Source: Trichoplax sp. H2 (taxonomy: Eukaryota). From it: 64,000 nt of DNA. The stretch covers positions 186,001 through 250,000 of the forward strand of contig NOWV01000001.1 in assembly GCA_003344405.1 (NCBI GenBank). Reading direction: 5' to 3'. Below the pieces are notes generated by a model. That model had not been told where the DNA came from, searched no databases, and worked only from the letters and a program-made list of their open reading frames with translations. A program made the translations under genes and the position numbers. Positions 54,836-64,000 of the stretch are shown here, one piece after another (positions within the stretch are counted from its first letter, which is position 1; each line of letters begins with the position of its first letter).

Positions 54836-56813
54836 ATATCAATATGATTAAGGTTAATATATAATTAACTGTGAATTTAATCTACAGTCTGTAAATAGAA
54901 CAATAATAATCATGAATCCTTATACGGAATACAGTAGGTTTATTATCGCACAATTCAGTTTAGTCACTATAAATACAACTTGATAAGCCTTTAAATACTA
55001 CAAAACTACGTACAGTACAGTATATATTCTACAAGCAGTAGTGAGAGATTATCCTTCGATGCCTGTTACAAATAATAATAAAAAACGATTTTCATAATGC
55101 TCACATTCATTACTCTACCGTAGCAATATCATCTTAAAAAGACGTATAACCTAAATCCTTGATAATGCTACGATAACGTAACAAAATTTCAATCTAGATA
55201 ATCAACAACTAACGAACCATTTATATCTGAGGCATTTTTATGACAGGATATAAGATTTTCTTAAATGAAATCAGATTAACTTTTAATTATGAATGCTTTT
55301 AGCGCGTTGCTGTGTCCGGTATACTGTACATCTAGGTTTGATATACGCGTAATGAATGTTTTCGATGTAGCAAGCTGCCGATGGTAAAGTGCTTATCTAT
55401 CTATCTGATCATTGTCTTCGATATCTACTACTGGGTCGTTCTTTTAGATATTTAAAGGATTTCCACCAACGCATATACTCGTATATTTTACTCAATGGTG
55501 ATCATTACAGTTTTGTCGATAAGCTATTAATGAAATGCACTTGTTTATTTCCTATAAGAATTCCTTTAGCTTAGGATTTGTTGCTATAAGCAAAATTTGA
55601 TTTATTTACTAAGTTGTCATAATGTTAGTAAATAAAAAATTAACATGAATCATTCATTATACAGTATTAATAAATATCGAACGTAATTGAATCATTTTAA
55701 GGTAGTGCACATGGGCAACAAATGCAAGTTCCAAAGCAGCTGACTACCTAACACTAATGTTTCGAAAGCTTACACAGTACTGTATAGTGTACAGTATGGA
55801 ATTCTACATATTAAACGACTGAATTCGATATCAAGTACAGTGTAAAACCAAACGTCTGCTAATTTGTTTCTATATGAAAGGAATAAATAAAATTTTAGGA
55901 CTGCAATATTCACAGAAAGCATATCATTTTCCCAGTAATTCTAATTATTGTACTATACAATGCAGTCATATTAATACTGCAATAAAGTCTATATTATTAA
56001 CGAGCAAGTTCGCATTGAACAATTTGGCATTCCGATGAAATTACACAGCACGTAAGCATATGCCCTTTAAGTTAGGCATTGCAGTGTACTGTGGACCCGC
56101 GTTAGTAATTCACTATGGACTTTAACGGCAAACCATATAACCTTTGATTGAATGCATATATAAAAAAAGCGTAAAATTGTTAACGTCTACAGTAGTAATC
56201 AAATTTGGAAAGAGTAATGACAATTTGAAATGTAAAAAATGGTTTCATTACTTTTAGTGCAAGTTGTGGATATCATCTTTCTCACAGTGTTAAACTTGTA
56301 ATATAGACCCTGTTATTTCACGAACATTTCGATGTACACTCGCACCGTTCATTCTTAAATGTTTGCTACTTTTAGAGAGTCAGGTAAACACAGAAATTAC
56401 AAATTTATATCAAATTCTTGAATTTCAGCAACTTTGCTCAATGCTATTTTGCCAGTGTGGCAATATAGCTTATACCGATCCACAGTGTACAGTACATACA
56501 GTACAGTAACATAAGGTGCACTATACTGTACTACTGTATACTGTACAGTACTGTAAAAATACGGTACTTGAGATACCCAATGGGATTCTGTCACTACAGC
56601 ATCAGGATTACGTTACTGCACACTGAGTGTAGACAGAGTAACTGCAGCTGTGGAAAGGATTTGAACAAAATTGACACTGTTATTAATAGAGTCTACCAGC
56701 TTATCGTACAGCTAAAACCACATCCAAGTTCAAATCGAATTTATTATTTACTGTAGTGTATAGCTACAATTGATAGAGAACTCTGAATTCTAAGCTTATG
56801 CCATAGAATCGTT

Positions 56814-59800
56814 ATGACTTCTGATACAGAATTATGCAAAGACCGAGATAACTTTCCTCCATTAAAGAATGACCTCATCTTAAGAGCTGCTCGTGGCGAG
56901 TATACAGAAATGATCCCGGTATGGGCAATGAGGCAGGCTGGCCGCTATTTACCAGGTATACATTACATAATAATGAATTTACTGCAATAAAATTGCAAAA
57001 TTACCATCTTGAAATTGACTTTGTGCAGTTGACCAGAGTATAAAATGTCCGGCAAGCTTAAAATATTATACTGTTGACTAGTGAGTGATGTTAAACTTTG
57101 TAAAATTAGAATGAAACGCCGCTGGAACGATTGATGAAATTCAATGAAATCAATTTATTAGTGCGATAATGTCTCTAGTGTAGGCTTTAAAGCAGGATCT
57201 GTTTTTCTTCTGATATCATGTACTGTAGTCTTTCCAGAGCACTTTTAGCCATAAGGTAAAACGGTTTCGTGTGTTGGGGCACAAACTAACTTCCAAATGT
57301 AGATTCTTCATGGGAGCATCACTACTGTACATTCCGGATTTACATGATGTATCATTTTTAAAGGATAATAATCGTATTTTGTCTCATTTTAGAATTTAGG
57401 GAGGTTAGGAGCAAGCATGAATTCTTCACCTTATGTAGAACTCCATCCTTGGCTTGCGAAGTTACACTGCAGGTAGACCCTATTGCTAATTTCATTAGCT
57501 TGCTTACACTTTGGCCATGAGCTACTTATAACAGCATCCCTGGATAATTACGTATAATCGCACCTATAGTTAATAAAGAATCGAAAGTAGCCCAGTTATA
57601 TCGTGCTACACATTCTCTTGAACTCTCTTGCCTATTTACCCTTGAAATGTTAAGTTTGCAGAGAAGAGCTTTTATTAATCATTATGCCATAATGTACAGA
57701 TTAGATATTCAAGATCGTTGTAAACTTGTCTACATGTACTGTAAACTGATCTGACTGTTATCAGGTTGTACTCCCTTCCTACGGTTCAGCTGGAATGCGA
57801 AAGAAGCCAAACACATTTGTGAACTAAACTTACCCAAGGCAAAAAGCACGATATTATGGATAAGTCACCAATGACGGTGAACTACAGGCTGCGGCATAAA
57901 TATTATTTACCAATTACGACGGGCTTTGAATCAAACAAACTTCCTATTTGGTTGTTTGTATTTATAGGCCTCAATTGATCTACGTAAATCTCTCAGTGTC
58001 AAGTTATTACAACTGTAGCCATAGATTGTAAATTGCATATTTTTCTTCAATTATGCAATTAGCTACCATCATTGAAGTACCGCTGTTTATTAAATCCTAT
58101 ACGTGAATATCAGCCGATTAATACTCTACTTTAGCAGACGTGAGATCATCAAAATATTTTGTATGCTAATTGATGCTATAGTATACGCTTACATTATGAA
58201 GTTGACCGACACATCACGGGCCAAAGTTTACCTAGTAGCTCCTTACATAAAGTATTTTAATTTTCGATGACAGTAGTATCTCATCACATAATAATTATGC
58301 ACTTGTGTATCGCTAAAGATACTCATTGTATGAGATATGCTTTCATTTACATAAACATAGACCTAGATATCAAAGATGATCTAATTACTGAGATATAAAA
58401 ATTTTATTAGCCAATTAGACGATTTAATTTGGATGCTTCTATTATCTTTTCGGACATTCTGGTTATACCTCAGGTAATTAATACCTTTAATTTCGTGAAA
58501 TATTATATCACGGTTTAGCTAAAACAAATGATACACCATGTTACATATGATGTATACTACTATAATGAGACCTTAATTAATTAACTTTTTTTCCTTCATT
58601 CAATAATGCAGGCTCTGGGAATGGATGTGGAAATGATTCCAGGCAAGGTGACAAACTAAAAAATAAATTTAAAACTTCAATTATAACAACCTGTGTTTAC
58701 AGTAATTATATAACAAGATTTTCGTTATAATTCTGAGTGCTGTTACATTTTACAGGGTCCTACTTTTATCAGGCCATTAGAGCATCCCAAAGATCTGAAG
58801 GTATCCAAGACAACTGTACTATGGATTAATAACTACTGATTTAATACTGAATTAACTGTAACCGTTGTAATATGTTCTACGCAGGAATTGGAGCACGATG
58901 TTGATGTAGATGATAAGCTTGGCTACGTATATGATGCTATCACGCTAACAAGACATAAACTCGAAGGTCGAGTACCTCTGATTGGATTTGCTGGAGGACC
59001 AGTAAGAAATCTTGTATACTCTACTTGCAATATTTCTATACTCCTACACGAGTGTGTTAAAACAATACCTTATTTATAGTGGACTTTAATGGCATACATG
59101 ATCGAAGGAGGCGGAAGCCAAACCATGTCGAAGGCAAAACAGTGGCTTTATCGATATGAAGATGAAAGTCATCAACTCCTTCGATTGCTTGTCGACATCA
59201 CCGTCAAATTTTTAGTTGGTCAGGTTAAAGCTGGAGCGCAGGTGAAAAATTTAACAAAACTAACATCCGAAGAACTTGTTAGGGAATACTGCATAAATAA
59301 CGCTATCGTTTACCTATCTTTATACTGATTTAAAGTTTCTCTTTATTAAAGCTTCTTCAAGTATTCGAATCCCATGCGGGATACCTTGGGAGAGATTTAT
59401 TTAATAAATATTCTTTGCAGTATTTGCGCGATATCTGTAAAAACGTTAAGAGGGAACTCGTTGATGCTAAAATAGATCCTGTGCCCATGGTATTTCAATT
59501 TTACAAACGCCTGATTGGGTTTGTAGCAATGAAAAGTTAAAATATCTATTTATCAATCTTACAGATTGTATTTGCGCGAGGAGCCCATTATGCCTTACAA
59601 GAATTAGCTAGTACTGATTATGATGTGATTAGTGTCGATTGGACTATTGATCCAAAGGAAGCAAGGTAATTGCACAGTCTATCCGTTCCATAGTACATAT
59701 GTTACTTCATAATGCAGCTAGAGAGGTGCTATATTCTAGTGTCGTCCAACCAGCTACTCGCTATAGTAAATTTTTCGTCTATGATGGGAGAGATTGTTAG

Positions 59801-60302
59801 GGCATAAAATTTCATTTAAAAATCTTTCTACATAATATAATATTGTTATAAGGTAAAAGTGAATTATTGTACTGTATATTTGTCCGCACAGATATCGAGG
59901 TGATGTTTATAGCCAATTAATTATCGGTTAATTTAAATTCAGCATAGTCAATAAGATGCTATCAATCTACAGAGCTAATTGCTATTTCATTTCCAGAAAT
60001 AAAATTGGCGGACAATCGACAATTCAGGGCAACCTTGATCCTTGTGCATTGTATGCTAATAAGGCAAGTAACTTTTAGTGACGTATCTCTGGTAACTCAA
60101 TGGCACAATTGGGATCTAATTCTTCGAATTATCCTTTTAGGTTGAACTAGAAAAGCTCATAGGGAAAATGATAGCAGAGTTTGGTACACAACGCTATATT
60201 GCCAATTTGGGGCACGGCATATATCCAAACGTTGAGCCATCACAGCTGGACTGTTTTGTAGAATGTGTGCATGCATACTCTAAAAATCTTAATGCTACCT
60301 GA
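56814..60302 (+). CDS. UROD: Uroporphyrinogen decarboxylase, copy 2, ~11 exons
   Basis: [72 protein letters not shown] and [11 protein letters not shown]. Intron positions match copy 1. Stop TGA at 60300-60302. Confidence 0.95.
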
Positions 60303-61368
60303 GTTATCGTTTTAATGAATAAAGTTTTTATTTTTTTAATCGTATCCTCCGATACCGGTAGTAATTAAAATTAGATGATTTAAAGACAGGAATACACGTT
60401 CCACTAAGCGTAACTTAATGATAAACAGACCTATACTCATATTATAGAACTTGCGATATGTAACTGAAATTAAGTTCTTATGTCAATGAAAGACGTTGTA
60501 CGATGTATATTCGTTCTGCTTAATGTCAGCTATCTATGCACAATACGAAATAAGAATAACCCATGTTATAATAAATAATAACTATTATACTGTACAGTAA
60601 TTATTAGCATAAATGTAATTTTAGAAATTACTTTGTCTAGTGCATCCATTTTATGTAACGCCACACCATAACTATAAATTACTGTACTGTATTATCGAAT
60701 ATTCGAGGATCTGATCGCAGAGTTCAAGCTTAATAACTACTGGCTTTACTACAGACTGAGTACGGCTAATATGCAGTGTTGTAGACGTAAACGATGTCCA
60801 ACAGCTTATACCGAACTAGATACTGGAGTACAGTATATTACATCGTGACAGTTAGTATGTACTACTAGTACTGTATATTGTCATGGTAAAGTCTAATTTC
60901 GGAAACTTATCTAAGAAGGTGATTAATACTAACATCACCAAGTTCACTCGGGACTACGGACACTCTTTACATCTAAGAATAGTCCTTGGTGCTATACTAT
61001 ACATGCAATGCACTTGTTTAGGATCTCAATTACACTTTTAGTCAAAACATAATACACAATGTATTAAATAATTCGAAACCAGTCTGAAGTTGAGAATATT
61101 TACTTCGTAGATCATAAAGTACTAGAATACGATATACGAGGATTAACGTTAAATGTTGAAGATTCGAATACAACTTCTAAAGTTTATACAGTATTCCGTA
61201 GCAAGTCGATAAGATATCGTAATACAATACTAATATAATCGCAATTACAGTCAATCTTAAATGCTACGTGGCAATCATCTACAGTACTTCGAGCACTGGA
61301 GCAAAGAGAGCACATCTCACAAATAAACAATGTACAAGGTTTCGGATAAATTTTCTTTATAAATTTAT

Positions 61369-61384
61369 GGCTTTTAAAAAAGCC
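61369..61384 (-). promoter_or_regulatory. Replication-dependent histone 3' stem-loop
   Basis: Minus strand reads ccaac-GGCTTT-TTTA-AAAGCC-ataaa: a 6-bp stem with 4-nt loop, ~62 nt after the stop codon. A purine-rich AAAGAAAA (HDE-like) follows ~10 nt downstream. Confidence 0.9.
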
Positions 61385-61446
61385 GTTGGTAGACTCAAAT
61401 GCTAAACATTCGAATTATAGAGTAGTGGATTTAGTAGTCCATGAAT

Positions 61447-61821
61447 TTACTTGCTGCTGGTGTATTTGGTGACAGCTTTGGTACCTTCGCTGACGGCGTG
61501 CTTAGCCAATTCACCGGGCAAGAGAAGACGAACAGCGGTCTGGATTTCCCTGCTGGTAACGGTAGAACGCTTGTTGTATTGAGCCAAGCGGGAAGCTTCA
61601 TTGGCGATACGTTCGAAGATATCTTGAACGAAAGAGTTCATGATGCTCATGGCCTTGCTGGAGATTCCAGTGTCGGGGTGAACTTGTTTCAAAACTTTGT
61701 AGATGTAGATGGAATAGCTTTCCTTTCTTTTCTTTGCACGCTTCTTCTTTTCAGAAGCTGCGGCGGTGGCCTTGGCTTTTCCGGCCTTCTTTTCTCCCTT
61801 CTTGCTAGCTTTGGCAGGCAT
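61447..61821 (-). CDS. H2B: Histone H2B, intronless
   Basis: [90 protein letters not shown]. Confidence 0.99.
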   Translation of the reverse strand: MPAKASKKGEKKAGKAKATAAASEKKKRAKKRKESYSIYIYKVLKQVHPDTGISSKAMSIMNSFVQDIFERIANEASRLAQYNKRSTVTSREIQTAVRLLLPGELAKHAVSEGTKAVTKYTSSK

Positions 61822-61897
61822 GTTTCAAATGAATTACTTGGTGTGTTTATACTTCAATAGTCAAACAGACGAAGATGTGATTGGAAACTGCTCGCTG

Positions 61898-62095
61898 CAG
61901 CTATTTATTACATCCTGGGTGGATCGAGGCTAACCAATCACAGTCTAGATCATTGAAATAGCGGGATCCAGTTAATGCTTGCGATCAGGTCCGCAATTAG
62001 GAATGGCGGGCAAGTTAAATTATTTGATTGGTTAAGCTTTGATCCGGACTTGAGTACAAGATATAGTACTTTGTATCGTATTCACAGTATAAAGT
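61898..62095. promoter_or_regulatory. H2B promoter region with TATA-like and CCAAT boxes
   Basis: TAATAAATAG on the minus strand (~61901-61910), CCAAT at 61934, ATTGG at 62027, and a plus-strand TATAAA at 62088. Confidence 0.45.
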
Positions 62096-64000
62096 ATTGT
62101 AATATTGTCATTCTTGCACTCTATCGTCTACCGTGCAGCATCATGGGCCATCGCCGCAGAGTCAGTACGGGTACAGTCATGATTTATGTTACGGAACTAT
62201 GCATTGGTACCTGTTTCCGAGTAGTGTGGTTTCGAGCAGTCGATATTCAAACAAGAATTTGATAGGAGGAGGATCTTGCACTCCATGATTCCCTTACAAC
62301 AAGCTACAGCCTGAGAGTAGATTTTGTTTCTGCTAACAATCCTTCGGAATGGTAATCACTAGCCAGAATAAACCCTAACAAATAAATCACGGTCTACGAG
62401 TCCAATAGTATTGAACTACTGTATTTTGAAGGTTTCAATGCGCCACAATACTAATTCATTCGCCAAGCTCCTTCCTTTTGCAGCAACCTTGACTAATATA
62501 CTATTACGGTATACAAATTTCTTGACATCAGATCTGCTATGGGGTGCTCGCCTTGAGACGATAAATAAGGCATAACTACAGTACTGTATTTTTGAAAGTG
62601 ATACTTTTCCATGGTACTCTTTAATCTTAATATGATGTGAGTATTGTTCAATAAAAGATTGCATTTAGCAATCGGGCCTCAATTCTTGCATTAATAATAT
62701 TATTACTTTACTGTATGGTTAATAATGTTGAGCTACGATTCATCAACGAAAGCTCCCCCAGTTACAAGTACTGTAGAATCTAGCGTCTATCTGACTATTG
62801 GATTCGCAACACTGTAATTCTTTCTTTACAAATTCTCTATACAGTACTTTATCATCAACCTATTCAGTCAAGTTATCATTCAATTGACAACATAATTTCA
62901 ATATGACTCAATTTATTACATCATTTCTTCATTTATGAAATGCATGGAGAATAGAATAACTAAGTTAGTACAAGTGCTAAAATACTACATATTCATATCA
63001 TCAGATATGAACAGTTTATCTATAAAATAAGGACATCGAAACTTTTCAAAGCTAATGCAACAATAGTACCACTCAGGAGAGTAATAAAGTTCCATGTAGG
63101 CTTCGACAATTTTAATATTTAAACTAGGAGAAATTTATCCCATATATAATAAAAAAAACATGGGAGACACTGTACTGCATACCAGCAGTATAACATGATT
63201 GTACATCATATTTTAACTTAAGAATACGATATGATGTCAGATTGATAACGTCACTTCAATGACAGCAACATAAATAAACTTCTATACCAGTTGGCTTGTA
63301 AACTTATTAAAATTATTGGCAAAATTGAGTACTGTAAAACAAGTTTTATCAGCATAGATTAATTACTTAAAGAGCAAAATAATAACGTAGACGAAAATTT
63401 TCAAAACATTCTGGTATTAACGATAGACAAGTGTTCATAATTAATAATACTGATACTATTATCTCCATTAAATCGGTTTAACTCAATTGAATTAACCAAT
63501 ATCTAATGTAGAAATAGCACTAAAAATGATTAACAATCATTGATCTAAAATTACACATACAGAATCATATAAACACAGAGTGATAATATCAAATTACTTT
63601 ACTATACCGTCACAAGACGAGAACAAAAAATGCCATCCACTAAGTAATTATTTTCCATACTATCAGTTATCATGGCTGTAGAGATAGAATACGGCGTTCT
63701 TACTATCCTGATAGTATATGAATTATTTAATTAAGAGATAGCACAGGGTAGATCGCTAGATATCTGGAAAAGTGTCGATCATTCTACTTTTCAAATCGTA
63801 GCTTTCATACTTATCAATTAATCCGCTGTTGAATAATCAAATTACCATCATATATTTATGAATAAAATATGACTTTGTATGGACCTTTTCTAATTAAGTT
63901 TTTGTATCATACGCTACAAATATTTTAGCAGCATCTTTTAGCCAAAGGATTTTTATACTTGTGAAAGCGACGACGGCGTTGATCTCGTTCTTTTAGTATC

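Noticed and set aside
58801-58884. Possible U12-type intron (GTATCC donor) in UROD copy 2
   Set aside because: The donor is GTATCCAA rather than GTATCCTT, there is no clear TCCTTAAC branch point, and the equivalent intron in copy 1 lacks the motif.
61441-61860. 139-aa plus-strand ORF
   Set aside because: It is the antisense shadow of histone H2B.
62416-62664. 82-aa minus-strand ORF as a transposase or histone fragment
   Set aside because: I recognise no motif and see no terminal repeats; a BLASTX search would be needed.
1-64000. tRNA, rRNA or autonomous transposon genes
   Set aside because: I recognised no cloverleaf, rRNA-like segment, or RT/transposase ORF by eye. A tRNAscan/Infernal/RepeatMasker run would be needed to exclude them.

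Overview
This window is AT-rich eukaryotic DNA with many short GT-AG introns, from a compact animal genome. The gene content and layout suggest an early-branching metazoan such as a placozoan (inference only). Gene order: two tandem minus-strand AhpC/TSA-family (PRXL2C/AAED1-like) genes; an intronless PDZ-C2-RhoGAP gene (Syd-1/RhoGAP100F-like); ~11 kb with no recognisable coding sequence; BTBD19-like (-); aminopeptidase O (+); UROD copy 1 (+); CLCC1-like (-); ATP synthase F1 delta (+); CENP-C (-); UROD copy 2 (+); and a solitary histone H2B with a 3' stem-loop. The main finding is invisible in the ORF track. Both PRXL2C-like paralogs have an in-frame TGA in a 37-nt micro-exon at the first Cys of the CxxC motif (HFL-U-Y[V/I]-C-KEY). 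Both also have a canonical SECIS hairpin ~80 nt after the stop codon, with compensatory base changes between the copies. They are therefore a duplicated pair of UxxC selenoprotein genes. All exon models were read by eye.
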